Positions 9,853-18,805 are shown, numbered from the stretch's first letter. The stretch: 64,000 nt of DNA from Patescibacteria group bacterium (GCA_038064675.1 JBBTSM010000003.1:38663-102662); one strand, 5' to 3'. Numbers and translations are program-made. The notes: generated from the letters alone by a model not told the origin.

Positions 9853-9957
9853 ATATTGGTGATTGTGACGCAAAGATAGTACTCCCGGTGTACATCTCGA
9901 TTCAAGCAGTTGCGAAGTGCACATTTTTCAGTTACTCTTTTCGGGCACCGGAAATCC

Positions 9958-10045
9958 GGAAGGGTCGCATAGTGGCCTAGTGCGCACGCCTGGAACGCGT
10001 GTATACCGCAAGGTATCGAGAGTTCGAATCTCTCCCCTTCCGCCA
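9958..10045 (+). tRNA. tRNA-Ser (anticodon GGA), class II with long variable arm
   Basis: Acceptor GGAAGGG/CCCUUCC. Anticodon stem CACGC/GCGUG with loop CUGGAAC. 16-nt variable arm UAUACC-GCAA-GGUAUC. T-arm GAGAG-UUCGAAU-CUCUC. Discriminator G and CCA encoded. Confidence 0.85.
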
Positions 10046-10048
10046 GAA

Positions 10049-10079
10049 AAGGACAACCGAATCGGTTGTCCTTTTTTTA
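10049..10079. terminator. bidirectional rho-independent terminator
   Basis: GGACAACCG aat CGGTTGTCC hairpin flanked by an A-run upstream and a T-run downstream. It serves tRNA-Ser (+) and the small minus-strand ORF ending at 10097. Confidence 0.7.
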
Positions 10080-10096
10080 TCGAAAGCTCTCAAGTT

Positions 10097-10428
10097 TTAT
10101 TCTGAGGTTTCTTCACCGCCCTGAAACCTTTCGTTATAATGATTCATGACTTCGTCAATAGAAGCGTCCCAAGGCATGACCGTAACAACAGTTTCACTAT
10201 TGAGAGAGACATTTATCGGTTGTCCCACCCTCTGAACAATGGCGAAAACTTTTACCACACAGTCTCGAACATCCTCACCACCTCGAGCGGTATATACATT
10301 ATCAACAATACCCTCTGCCGAACTCGAATAATTTAATGGCCCACGATAAATTTTCAATGGCACTTTTTCCACTTTCGGAGGAACGGGAGACTCAAACGGG
10401 TTAGACATATCCGTAAGTCTACATGACA
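10097..10428 (-). CDS. hypothetical small protein
   Basis: C-terminal part of the 10097..10651 ORF. The upstream portion overlaps a tRNA gene and is rejected. Candidate starts are at 10428 or 10407. Confidence 0.3.
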
Positions 10429-10491
10429 TATCCCGGAGAGTGTCTTGTTGGTTGTGGAAAAGCATCCTACACTTCTCCCGACATTCTTCTC

Positions 10492-10596
10492 CGAGCCGTA
10501 GCGCAGTGGTAGCGCGCTTGCATGGCGCTCGACGAGCTGAGCTAAGCGAGGAGAGTGTGCAAGAGGTCGTGGGTTCAACCCCCATCGGCTCGACCA
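10492..10596 (+). tRNA. aberrant 105-nt tRNA gene with ~30-nt insertion in the anticodon loop region (intron-like); identity undetermined
   Basis: Canonical acceptor stem CGAGCCG/CGGCUCG (C1:G72), D-arm GCGC-AGUGGUA-GCGC, T-arm GUGGG-UUCAACC-CCCAU, discriminator A and CCA encoded. The anticodon stem halves CUUGC (10517-21) and GCAAG (10559-63) are separated by 37 nt instead of 7. Confidence 0.5.
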
Positions 10597-10636
10597 GAAC
10601 GTCACTCTTCATGAGTGATTTTTTGTTTGTTTCTTT

Positions 10637-10665
10637 TTGACATTTCCTCATTTCTCTGCTATATT
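10637..10665 (+). promoter_or_regulatory. sigma70-like promoter (TTGACA-N17-TATATT)
   Basis: Consensus -35 TTGACA at 10637-10642, a 17-nt spacer and -10 TATATT at 10660-10665, upstream of the small ORF at 10724. Confidence 0.55.
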
Positions 10666-10723
10666 CTTCGGTCGAGTGGGAGCGTTCCGCTACCCCTCAC
10701 AGCCCCACAAGGAGGGGGTTCAC

Positions 10724-10924
10724 ATGTTGACGACGATCTTGAATTACGCCATGGAAGGCTGCTTCGGACTTACGACGTTTTTCCTCTGGCTCCAGGCGGC
10801 CATCCAGTGGTCCCGCGAGGAGCAGATCGGAGCCCTGAAGAAGGGCTGCGTCGTGGCCATGCCCGCCTCCCTCCTGATCTACATCATCTTCGACCTCGGG
10901 GCGCACTACGGCTCCGTCAACTAG
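10724..10924 (+). CDS. small hydrophobic protein (66 aa)
   Basis: ATG preceded by a strong SD AAGGAGGGGG at 7-nt spacing. The product MLTTILNYAMEGCFGLTTFFLWLQ... is hydrophobic. A consensus promoter lies upstream. Confidence 0.45.
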   Translation: MLTTILNYAMEGCFGLTTFFLWLQAAIQWSREEQIGALKKGCVVAMPASLLIYIIFDLGAHYGSVN

Positions 10925-11019
10925 CTCGCGCATCCGCGAAGCGACGAAAGCGCCCCCGCGCCGTCGCCGACCCGGGTGCGCTTTCGTTTTATCTTCTCTA
11001 TCCTGCTATCATCCCTTCC

Positions 11020-12267
11020 ATGCAATTCGACGATTCAACTCAGTTCGACGTTATCGTCATCGGCGGTGGCGCTTCCGGGCTTATGGCTGCCGCAACCGCA
11101 GCAAGCCGAGGGAAGCGGGTTTTGGTACTCGAAAAGAATCCGGAGTGTGGGCGAAAGTTATCGATCTCTGGCGGTGGACGATGCAATATTACGAACGCCG
11201 AATTCGACAAACATCTGTTTACCGATCATTACGGCGATGCAAAGAAGTTTTTGCTTTCCGCGTTTTCTACCTTTGGCCCGCAAGAGACCTTTGACTACTT
11301 CAATTCACGCGGCCTCGCGTTCGTCGTTGAAGATCGCAAGCGCGCATTTCCCGTCACACACTCAGCTCTCGATGTGACGAATCTTCTCCTCGCTGAGTGC
11401 AAGAAGCACGGAGTTCGGATTCAAACATCGTCTCCTGTTCTCAAAATTGATTTCTTCGAGAACGAGATTCTTTCGGTGTCGACCAAAAATATTACGTACA
11501 CCGCCACTTCGTATATTTTCGCCACCGGCGGGTCTTCGCATCCAGAAACAGGATCTACTGGCGATGGATTTCCATGGCTTTCGAAGCTCGGTCACACCGT
11601 CGTTACCCCAACGCCATCGCTTGTTCCGCTTGCGGTTCGCGAACGCTGGGTCACCGATCTTCAAGGAATCACGCTCAAGGACGTAAAGATTTCATTCACG
11701 GTGGATGGGCGAAAAGCGTTCAACAAAAAGGGATCGATTCTGTTTACGCACTTCGGAATCTCCGGCCCAACGGTGTTGCATTCCGCAAAAGGCGTTGCCG
11801 ATCTGCTTCCCGAAGGTGAGGTTATTGCGCATCTCGATCTCTTCCCCACACTCGACGACGGCACACTCAGCCGAAACCTCGTTGCGCTTTTTGATGCGCA
11901 CAAGAACACGATGATCAAGAATGTGTTTGCAGGCATGCTTCTCACAGGAATCGTGAATCGATCGTTAATAGTCGCCGGCATCGATCCCGATGCCCAGGTA
12001 AACAGTGTAACGAAAGAACAGCGAGTACGCCTCGTCAGAGCACTCAAAGATCTCTCATTCCCCATCGACGGTTTGCTCGGCATGGATAAAGCGATCATTG
12101 CCGACGGCGGCGTACCGCTTTCCGAAGTATCGATGCAGACGATGAAGAGTAAGGTCGTCATCAACCTTTTCCTCACCGGCGACCTCTTTCACATCGTCCG
12201 CCCCTCCGGCGGCTATTCCCTCCAACTCTGCTGGACCACGGGATTTCTTGCAGGAAGCGCAGCGTAA
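11020..12267 (+). CDS. HI0933-like NAD(P)/FAD-dependent flavoprotein (BaiN/aminoacetone-oxidase family)
   Basis: Start MQFDDSTQFDVIVIGGGASGLMAAATAA (Rossmann GxGxxG) followed by ...LEKNPECGRKLSISGGGRCNITN, the family signature. The 10615 upstream extension is rejected. Confidence 0.85.
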   Translation: MQFDDSTQFDVIVIGGGASGLMAAATAASRGKRVLVLEKNPECGRKLSISGGGRCNITNAEFDKHLFTDHYGDAKKFLLSAFSTFGPQETFDYFNSRGLAFVVEDRKRAFPVTHSALDVTNLLLAECKKHGVRIQTSSPVLKIDFFENEILSVSTKNITYTATSYIFATGGSSHPETGSTGDGFPWLSKLGHTVVTPTPSLVPLAVRERWVTDLQGITLKDVKISFTVDGRKAFNKKGSILFTHFGISGPTVLHSAKGVADLLPEGEVIAHLDLFPTLDDGTLSRNLVALFDAHKNTMIKNVFAGMLLTGIVNRSLIVAGIDPDAQVNSVTKEQRVRLVRALKDLSFPIDGLLGMDKAIIADGGVPLSEVSMQTMKSKVVINLFLTGDLFHIVRPSGGYSLQLCWTTGFLAGSAA

Positions 12268-12310
12268 CATCTAGCGCTCGGCACCATATATATGATGCAG
12301 AATGCGAGAT

Positions 12311-12331
12311 CGGCAGCACGTGCTGCTGCCG
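12311..12331. terminator. bidirectional terminator hairpin between convergent genes
   Basis: CGGCAGCA cgtg CTGCTGCCG perfect hairpin. Confidence 0.5.
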
Positions 12332-12338
12332 ACGTAGG

Positions 12339-12974
12339 TCACCACACTTCAACGATAGGCCCGTAGTAGTTCTCACCGCTCAGCACGTGCGATGAGCCGT
12401 CCGAATACCACAGCCAACCGAAACGTCCGAGTAGCATGTCGGGGTACTCTCCAGTCCCCGCTCCGGCGGTGTTCACGGTGAGCGCGAGCTCGGCAGATTC
12501 ACCGCCAGAGATGAGGACACCAATCTCCCCGTCCCCCTCCCATTCGAACTCGTCGCTGCCCTCACCGTGGTTCACCTCGAGCGACACGTTGTTCGCCACG
12601 GGAACTTCACTCGTGCCGATCCGGAGCGTGACGCCTCCCTCCTCCAGAAGGTTGGACGTCGGCCACCCAACCGCCGCCTCGTCGCCGCCCAGAATGGCCA
12701 CAGCGGCCGAGAAAACCGTGAGCGGCGGACATTCCGGATGAATCACCGAAATCACGAAATTCGCGATTTCGGTATGCTGGTCCGGATACAGGTCCGTACT
12801 TTCCAGGTCGATCGAAGCCAGCGTCGCTTCGTTGACCAGCTCAACGACCGAACCGTCGCCAGCCGAAACCGGATACCGACAAGGATCATCGTACGACAGC
12901 CCAGCTTCCGGTTTTTCACCGGGAACCGAGGACAGCTGAACGTCCGAACATGCAAGGAGCAGAGTCAAAAACAT
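12339..12974 (-). CDS. putative secreted lipoprotein, hypothetical
   Basis: N-terminus MFLTLLLACSD has an L-L-A-C lipobox-like signal. 211 aa with an acidic body. Confidence 0.55.
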   Translation of the reverse strand: MFLTLLLACSDVQLSSVPGEKPEAGLSYDDPCRYPVSAGDGSVVELVNEATLASIDLESTDLYPDQHTEIANFVISVIHPECPPLTVFSAAVAILGGDEAAVGWPTSNLLEEGGVTLRIGTSEVPVANNVSLEVNHGEGSDEFEWEGDGEIGVLISGGESAELALTVNTAGAGTGEYPDMLLGRFGWLWYSDGSSHVLSGENYYGPIVEVW

Positions 12975-13043
12975 CGTATCTCCACGAACAAAGAAGTATA
13001 GCAGAATTTTTGGTTAAAATCAAGAATATTCCGCAAATCCTTG

Positions 13044-13072
13044 CGAAAAATGCCGTTCCATGCTATTCTTTC
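13044..13072 (+). promoter_or_regulatory. candidate sigma70 promoter (TTGCGA-N17-TATTCT) with long 5' UTR ahead of DEAD-box helicase
   Basis: Hexamers seen in sequence. The implied ~170-nt leader is typical of cold-shock helicase genes. Confidence 0.3.
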
Positions 13073-13245
13073 GTTGCTTTGATTCGTCCTCAGAGGCGAA
13101 TCTGTCCGTTGCGCCACGTGCGCAGTCGACCGGATTTCTGTCCACCATCGGTGAAACGAGAAATCAAGCATTCTATTCAAGAGAGCTTGCTGCTGATTTC
13201 TATCGTTTCCGATTGAATCCTTCACGTTCTCACTGACATTTTTTC

Positions 13246-14703
13246 ATGTCCGACACAAACTCTGCCGCGCAGAACGGCTTTGAGGGACTTGGCATCGCGC
13301 CAACACTCCTTGAAATTCTGAACAAACACGGGTTCTCAACCCCAACCCCAATTCAGCATCAGTCCATCCCGGTCGCAATCTCCGGAAGCGACGTGATTGG
13401 TATTGCGCAAACGGGTACAGGAAAAACCCTCGCGTTCGGTATTCCAATGATCCAGCGCCTCGCCCAGTTTAAGGGCCGTGGATTGGTCATTTTGCCTACC
13501 CGCGAACTTGCATTGCAGGTGGACGAAAACCTCAAAAAGATTGGCGCAGGCATCGGCATGAAGACCGCCGTCCTCATTGGTGGCGCTTCGATGCATCTTC
13601 AAAAGAAGGCACTTCAAACAAAGCCGCACGTCATCATCGCAACCCCAGGTCGTCTTATCGATCACCTTGAGCAGAAAACGATTCGTCTCGACGACGTGAA
13701 GGTTCTCGTTCTCGATGAAGCTGACCGCATGTTGGACATGGGTTTTGCTCCACAGATTGCGAAAATTCTTGCAACCGTGCCAAAGGATCGCCAAACGCTC
13801 CTTTTCTCTGCAACCATGCCACTCGAGATTGTCCGTATTGCCAACACCGCAATGCGCACACCAGTTCGTGTGGAAGTGGCCCCACAAGGCACACTTGCAG
13901 AACGCGTGGAACAGGAATTGATCTTCGTCCCAAAACACGACAAAGAGCGCTTGCTCGAATTGTTGCTCAAGGAGCAAGAAGGAACCGTCCTCGTGTTCTC
14001 TCGCACCAAGCACGGCGCAAAGAAGATTGCTCGCGCAGTCCATGCTATGGGCTATACCGCGGATGAGCTGCATTCCAATCGATCGTTGGCACAGCGCAAA
14101 GCTGCACTGGAAGGCTTCAAAACCGGAAAGTATCGTGTTCTTATTGCCACCGACATCGCAGCTCGTGGAATTGATGTGAAGGGCATTGCCCTCGTCATTA
14201 ACTACGATTTGCCAGACAATCCAGACGACTACGTTCACCGCATTGGTCGAACTGGTCGCGCCGGAATGGCCGGAAAGGCAGTCAGCTTCGCAACGCCAGA
14301 TCAGCGTGGCGACGTGAAGGGCATTGAACGCGTCATCCGCGGACTCATCCCATTGAAGCCTGTGCCAAAAGTGCTTCCAGCGTACCGCAACCTTCCGCCA
14401 GTTGAGCGCGACAACGATGCGCATGCTCGCGGCGGCCGCAACGCGAAAACCTACGGCGGATCCACAACGTATCCCGGAGAAAAGCGCTACGGCGCAGCAC
14501 CAAGTGGCCACGCGCCACAAAAGGCGTATGAGAAGCAGTATCACGATCGCGCAGCAAAGCCAGTGCCACAAGGCCAGCATCGCGCAAAGCGATACGACGT
14601 CAGCACAGCGTCGGCTACGCCATCGGCTCCTGCGCAACAGCCATACATCGCGCCAACTGCGAATCAGTTCGCCCCAGCGGCTCCTCGCAAATTCCGAAAG
14701 TAA
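13246..14703 (+). CDS. DEAD-box ATP-dependent RNA helicase
   Basis: Q-motif region, Walker A AQTGTGKT, DEAD box VLDEADRMLDMGF, SAT, HRIGRTGRAG. The C-terminal basic/low-complexity extension is typical of DeaD/CshA. Confidence 0.95.
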   Translation: MSDTNSAAQNGFEGLGIAPTLLEILNKHGFSTPTPIQHQSIPVAISGSDVIGIAQTGTGKTLAFGIPMIQRLAQFKGRGLVILPTRELALQVDENLKKIGAGIGMKTAVLIGGASMHLQKKALQTKPHVIIATPGRLIDHLEQKTIRLDDVKVLVLDEADRMLDMGFAPQIAKILATVPKDRQTLLFSATMPLEIVRIANTAMRTPVRVEVAPQGTLAERVEQELIFVPKHDKERLLELLLKEQEGTVLVFSRTKHGAKKIARAVHAMGYTADELHSNRSLAQRKAALEGFKTGKYRVLIATDIAARGIDVKGIALVINYDLPDNPDDYVHRIGRTGRAGMAGKAVSFATPDQRGDVKGIERVIRGLIPLKPVPKVLPAYRNLPPVERDNDAHARGGRNAKTYGGSTTYPGEKRYGAAPSGHAPQKAYEKQYHDRAAKPVPQGQHRAKRYDVSTASATPSAPAQQPYIAPTANQFAPAAPRKFRK

Positions 14704-14800
14704 GGAAACAAAGAACGCAGCTCAGAAATGAGCTGCGTTCTTTTGTATCGAGTTGAATCGATACGGATTTTTCCAGTTGCGACGAGTTTGGGTGCGCGAC

Positions 14801-14873
14801 GAGCAAAGCTTCCGAGGCGTACTTCATGGTACGTTGAGGAAGTTTGCGATGGCGCAAGCCCAAAATCGACCAA
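14801..14873. repeat. structured intergenic repeat, family X/Y copy 2
   Basis: About 80% identical to 5114..5185 and lies between convergent genes. Confidence 0.6.
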
Positions 14874-14887
14874 CTGGGAAATTCGCT

Positions 14888-15667
14888 CTATTTTGCCTTC
14901 GCAATTGCGTCGTCAATCATCTTCTTCATGCTCGCGTATGGAACTGCACCGGAAACGAGCGTTCCGTTCACGTATGTTGCCGGAGTTCCGCTCACGCCGG
15001 CAGTTCGACCGGAAGCTGAGCCTGCGTCCACAACACTCTGATACTTCGCTGTGCTCACACAATCCGCGAACTTCTTGGTGTCGAGATTGAGGTCGGACGC
15101 GGTCTTGTTTACGTATGCCGTTGCCGTTGCTGCGTCGCTAGAAAGATTTTCCGTCTGGCCCGCGTACATTGCGTCCGCAAACTCCCAGAACTTTCCCTGC
15201 TCACTTGCACATTCACTTGCGAGAGCGACCGGAACCGCATTTGGATGGAACGACAATGGGAAATGACGATAGACCCACGCGACCTGGTCGCCGTAGTCCT
15301 TCACAATCTGCTGCATGGTTGGATCGTGCTTGCCGCAGTATGGGCACTGGAAATCCGAGTATTCCACCAATACCACCTTCGCCTTCTTGATATCACCACG
15401 GATGTGATCGGCGCTTGTCACTGGATCAAGCTTGCCTGCTGGAGCCGCAGCAGCTGCAACCGGTGCTGTTGCAGCAGCAACCGACGGGGCCGCCGCAGCA
15501 ACCGCGCTACCGCTCGAAAACGCTGAGAAATTGTTCATGAGCAGAATCATTGCCATTCCGCTCACCAAACCGAACGAGAACATGGTTCGTGGGTTTCCAT
15601 CAAGGAATCCAGGAGTCGTGGACTGAATTGGCGTGGACGTTGGCATTTCGTTCCGTTCATCAGACAT
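14888..15667 (-). CDS. DsbA-family thioredoxin-fold protein, membrane-anchored
   Basis: CPYC active-site motif (DFQCPYCGKH), N-terminal TM segment and Ala-rich linker. Confidence 0.85.
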   Translation of the reverse strand: MSDERNEMPTSTPIQSTTPGFLDGNPRTMFSFGLVSGMAMILLMNNFSAFSSGSAVAAAAPSVAAATAPVAAAAAPAGKLDPVTSADHIRGDIKKAKVVLVEYSDFQCPYCGKHDPTMQQIVKDYGDQVAWVYRHFPLSFHPNAVPVALASECASEQGKFWEFADAMYAGQTENLSSDAATATAYVNKTASDLNLDTKKFADCVSTAKYQSVVDAGSASGRTAGVSGTPATYVNGTLVSGAVPYASMKKMIDDAIAKAK

Positions 15668-15697
15668 ACGAAGATATTACAGTTCGAAGCAAGTTTA

Positions 15698-16456
15698 TCA
15701 GCTCCGGCACTTCTTTGCGCCTCTTTTTATCCACATTATGAAGAAGATGCCGATTCCGAAAAAGACAATGGAAAAGTACTGCCCAGGGGTTAGTCCGAAG
15801 TAACGCACATCAATGACGCGTAAGAAATCGAGACCGAAGCGCGTTGCGCCGTACCAGATCGAAAACACGGCGATATAGATTCCAACAGGACGCTGCTTTC
15901 TCGACAGCCACAGAAACACCATCGCGAGCACACATGCATTCACCGATTCGTATAATCCAAGATCATGCCGCACAACACCGTCGGGATACTGCACGCCGAG
16001 CAAGAAGTGCGTTGCGGTTCCGGGATGGTCGTGAATAAGAAAACACCCAATACGTCCAATCCACATCCCAAACGGCATACCGAACGCAACAATATCGGTG
16101 TACCGAAGCAGATCAACTTTCCGATGACGCAAATACAGAATGCCCGTTATCGATGCAACGACGAAGCCGCCGTAAATCGATAATCCACCTTTCCAGATCT
16201 CGAACACTTCGGTGAAGTGCGCCGCGTAATATCCAGGATCGTAAAACAGTACGTGACCAAGTCTTCCACCAACCATTCCCGTAATCGCCACCCACGTCAG
16301 CATGTCCCACACAATTTGCGGATCATCCCCGCGCTGCTTCGCAAGTCGTGCCGCCATGAAAGCGCCGAGGAGAAAGCCGAAGGCAACGAACAAACCCCAG
16401 ACGTGGAGAGTGAGAGGGCCAAGGGAGAAGATTGTGAGGGAGAAGTATGGGATCAT
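15698..16456 (-). CDS. lgt: prolipoprotein diacylglyceryl transferase
   Basis: 252-aa polytopic membrane protein with Lgt signature regions (GGRLGHVLFY..., IGRIGCFL..H). Confidence 0.9.
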   Translation of the reverse strand: MIPYFSLTIFSLGPLTLHVWGLFVAFGFLLGAFMAARLAKQRGDDPQIVWDMLTWVAITGMVGGRLGHVLFYDPGYYAAHFTEVFEIWKGGLSIYGGFVVASITGILYLRHRKVDLLRYTDIVAFGMPFGMWIGRIGCFLIHDHPGTATHFLLGVQYPDGVVRHDLGLYESVNACVLAMVFLWLSRKQRPVGIYIAVFSIWYGATRFGLDFLRVIDVRYFGLTPGQYFSIVFFGIGIFFIMWIKRGAKKCRS

Positions 16457-16923
16457 ACCAAAGCCCCCTCCGACTCCCCCATAAATGGGGGAGAGATATC
16501 ATCGAGCGTTCGTTCGATCGTTTTGATTACAGATACGGGGCTGTTCATAATTTCTTCGTTTCGGATTCGGAGGATGGCGTAGCCAGCACTCCTTAAATAC
16601 TCCTCACGATCTTCATCGTACTTTTTCGCGGCGTCAGAATCATGGACTGATCCGTCGATTTCAATAACGAGCTTCGCCTCATCACAGTATAAATCAACAA
16701 TGTAGAGCCCAATTCCATGTTGACGACGAAACTTCTTCCCACGAACCCTTCTCATTCGCACTAAATTCCAAAGAATCTTTTCCGCCGGAGTTTCGTTTGC
16801 TCTTAAATCACGCTGTCGTTCAACATACTTCGCGAGACCGCGAATTCGATCTCCAATAACCCGAAGCTTCCGATATGACTTCTCTCCCCCATTTATGGGG
16901 GAGTCGGAGGGGGCTTCGATCAT
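16453..16923 (-). CDS. DUF559 (Vsr-like very-short-patch-repair endonuclease fold) domain protein
   Basis: Core ...ETPAEKILWNLVRMRRVRGKKFRRQHGIGLYIVDLYCDEAKLVIEIDGSVHD...YLRSAGYAILRIRNEEI matches the DUF559/Vsr-like family. The first ~20 and last ~12 codons are encoded by the inverted repeats. Confidence 0.75.
   Translation of the reverse strand: MIEAPSDSPINGGEKSYRKLRVIGDRIRGLAKYVERQRDLRANETPAEKILWNLVRMRRVRGKKFRRQHGIGLYIVDLYCDEAKLVIEIDGSVHDSDAAKKYDEDREEYLRSAGYAILRIRNEEIMNSPVSVIKTIERTLDDISPPFMGESEGALV
16461..16496. repeat. 36-bp inverted repeat, left arm (GC-rich palindromic element family)
   Basis: aagccccctccgactcccccataaatgggggagaga. Its exact reverse complement is at 16881..16916. It contains the internal hairpin CTCCCCCAT-aa-ATGGGGGAG. 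Confidence 0.9.
16881..16916. repeat. 36-bp inverted repeat, right arm
   Basis: Perfect reverse complement of 16461..16496. Confidence 0.9.
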
Positions 16924-17372
16924 AACGCCCCCAGCACCACCAATGCCCGCTTAAACTCGGCGATTGCTTTTTCTGCTTGCGCGATCTTCAACTCCGATCC
17001 TGCTTCGTGAACCAGAGTATTTCTGAGCGACCGTGCCCAGAAGGTTCGCTGGAGGTCGTGATATTTCCTGCTCGCAAACTTTAATCGCTCCCCCGTCGTT
17101 GTTCCTGGAAACGATTTTGCTTTTAATGCAAGGTCGAGCACTGCGTCGGCCTGGATAATCGCCAATCGCAGACTCATCACGTCGCCACGACGAGCGAGAT
17201 CTTCAACCGCCTTCCAGTGCTTCGATACATTGTCTCGTTCACTTCCAAATCTCCATCGCCGCATCGCCCGCCGAAGCCACACCGTCGCCATCAGCAGAAA
17301 TACAAAACCGACGGCGCCGATGACCACGTACGGAAGTACGGCTGATGCCATCGATGCAACGTCGGTTTTCAT
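16920..17372 (-). CDS. hypothetical membrane-anchored protein
   Basis: 150 aa with one N-terminal TM helix (VVIGAVGFVFLLMATVW). 4-nt overlap with the downstream ORF start. Confidence 0.45.
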   Translation of the reverse strand: MKTDVASMASAVLPYVVIGAVGFVFLLMATVWLRRAMRRWRFGSERDNVSKHWKAVEDLARRGDVMSLRLAIIQADAVLDLALKAKSFPGTTTGERLKFASRKYHDLQRTFWARSLRNTLVHEAGSELKIAQAEKAIAEFKRALVVLGAL

Positions 17373-17374
17373 AG

Positions 17375-18802
17375 TTACGATGCGTTATGCAATCCTTCAA
17401 ACGCCGCAGCGACCTGGAGAACTCTATTGTCATCAAAACTCTTTCCAAGCACCTGCAACCCAACCGGCAAACCGTGCGCTGTGCCGCAAGGAACGGAAAT
17501 TCCCGGAATACCAAGAATGTTTGCGGAGACAGTGAATACGTCGGCAAGGTACATGGAGACTGGGTCGTCCATCTTTTCGCCAATTCCCCACGCAACGATC
17601 GGTGACACTGGGCCGACGATGACGTCAACATTCTTCAGTGCAGCATCAAACTCCATCTTCATCGCCGCACGAACCGCAATCGCCTTCTTGTAGAACGCAT
17701 CGTAGTAACCGGCGGACAGAATGAACGTCCCCAACATGATACGACGCTTCGATTCTGCCCCGAATCCTGCGCCGCGAGCGGATCGGTAGCTTTCTTCGAT
17801 TGCGCCTTCCCCACGATTGCCGTAGCGCATACCGTCAAAACGCGCCAAGTTGCTACTCGCCTCTGCTGGCTGAATAATGTAGAATGCCGGTAATGCATAC
17901 GGCGCAAGCGGCAACGACATATTCACGATTTCTGCTCCGCCGCTCTTCAGCGTGTCGATCGCCTCATGAATCCTCGCCGCGACATCTTCATCCATGCCGT
18001 CGATAAAATATTCCTTTGGCACGCCGATACGAACGCCGGCGAGACTTGATGAAACATTTTCCGAAGCCGGGTCATCAAGAACAACCGACGTTGCATCGTG
18101 AGAATCCTTTCCCTCGATCACCGACAACACGATCGCGATGTCCTCAACGGTTGTTGCGATCGGGCCTACCTGATCGAGGCTTGATCCATCCGCAATGATT
18201 CCATATCGCGAAACACGTCCGTAGGTCGGTTTCATTCCAACAACACCACAAAGTGACGACGGCTGGCGAATCGAGCCGCCAGTATCTGAACCAAGCGCGG
18301 CAGGAATCATTCCCGCGGCAACAGCCGCCGCAGATCCGCCCGATGTTCCACCAGGAACCTTCGACGTGTCATGCGGATTCTTCGTCACATGAAACGCCGA
18401 TGATTCGGTGGACGACCCGAAAGCAAACTCATCCATGTTCGTTCTGCCAATAATGATGGCGCCAGCTTCCTGCAGACGAGTGACGACGGTTGCGGTATAC
18501 GTCGCACGATAATCGGCGAGCATCTTTGAACCGGCGCTTGCGATGTGACCCATGACAAGCATGTTGTCTTTGAGCGCGATCGGAACTCCAGCCAATGGAA
18601 GGTCAGCCTCACCAACTGCGATACGAGCATCAACCTCCCTCGCTGCCTTCCGTGCGTCGTCGGCAAATACTTCGAGGAACGCGCCAATCTCACCATCCTT
18701 TTCTTCAATTCGACGAATCGCCTCATCGACAATCGATTCAGCTGTCGCCGATCCTGCATTCACCGAATCTCGAATTGATTTTACGGTCCAGTTGGTGGTC
18801 AT
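17375..18802 (-). CDS. gatA: Asp-tRNA(Asn)/Glu-tRNA(Gln) amidotransferase subunit A
   Basis: Amidase signature [12 protein letters not shown] and catalytic Ser/Lys regions. 475 aa. Confidence 0.95.
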   Translation of the reverse strand: MTTNWTVKSIRDSVNAGSATAESIVDEAIRRIEEKDGEIGAFLEVFADDARKAAREVDARIAVGEADLPLAGVPIALKDNMLVMGHIASAGSKMLADYRATYTATVVTRLQEAGAIIIGRTNMDEFAFGSSTESSAFHVTKNPHDTSKVPGGTSGGSAAAVAAGMIPAALGSDTGGSIRQPSSLCGVVGMKPTYGRVSRYGIIADGSSLDQVGPIATTVEDIAIVLSVIEGKDSHDATSVVLDDPASENVSSSLAGVRIGVPKEYFIDGMDEDVAARIHEAIDTLKSGGAEIVNMSLPLAPYALPAFYIIQPAEASSNLARFDGMRYGNRGEGAIEESYRSARGAGFGAESKRRIMLGTFILSAGYYDAFYKKAIAVRAAMKMEFDAALKNVDVIVGPVSPIVAWGIGEKMDDPVSMYLADVFTVSANILGIPGISVPCGTAHGLPVGLQVLGKSFDDNRVLQVAAAFEGLHNAS

Positions 18803-18805
18803 AGA

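Larger units (their letters stand above)
16459..16918 (-). mobile_element. candidate miniature mobile element: DUF559 endonuclease gene bounded by 36-bp perfect terminal inverted repeats
   Basis: The IR pair fills the entire intergenic space between the lgt start codon (16456) and the stop of the upstream gene (16920). gatcat occurs just outside both ends (16451-16456 and 16918-16923). Confidence 0.45.

Noticed and set aside
10492-10596. Group I intron in the long tRNA
   Set aside because: The total insertion is only ~30 nt. Bacterial group I tRNA introns are over 200 nt.
10429-10651. N-terminal part of the 184-aa minus-strand ORF
   Set aside because: It is antisense to the tRNA gene at 10492-10596, so it is unlikely to be coding.
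10615-11019. Upstream part of the 550-aa ORF preceding the HI0933 flavoprotein
   Set aside because: It overlaps a tRNA-proximal region and a separate SD-driven small ORF in another frame. The Rossmann-fold start MQFDD...GGGASG is at 11020.
15421-15500. GC-rich Ala-codon repetitive stretch
   Set aside because: It encodes the Ala-rich linker (AVAAAAPSVAAATAPVAAAAAPAGK) of the DsbA-like protein. It is low-complexity coding sequence, not a mobile repeat.
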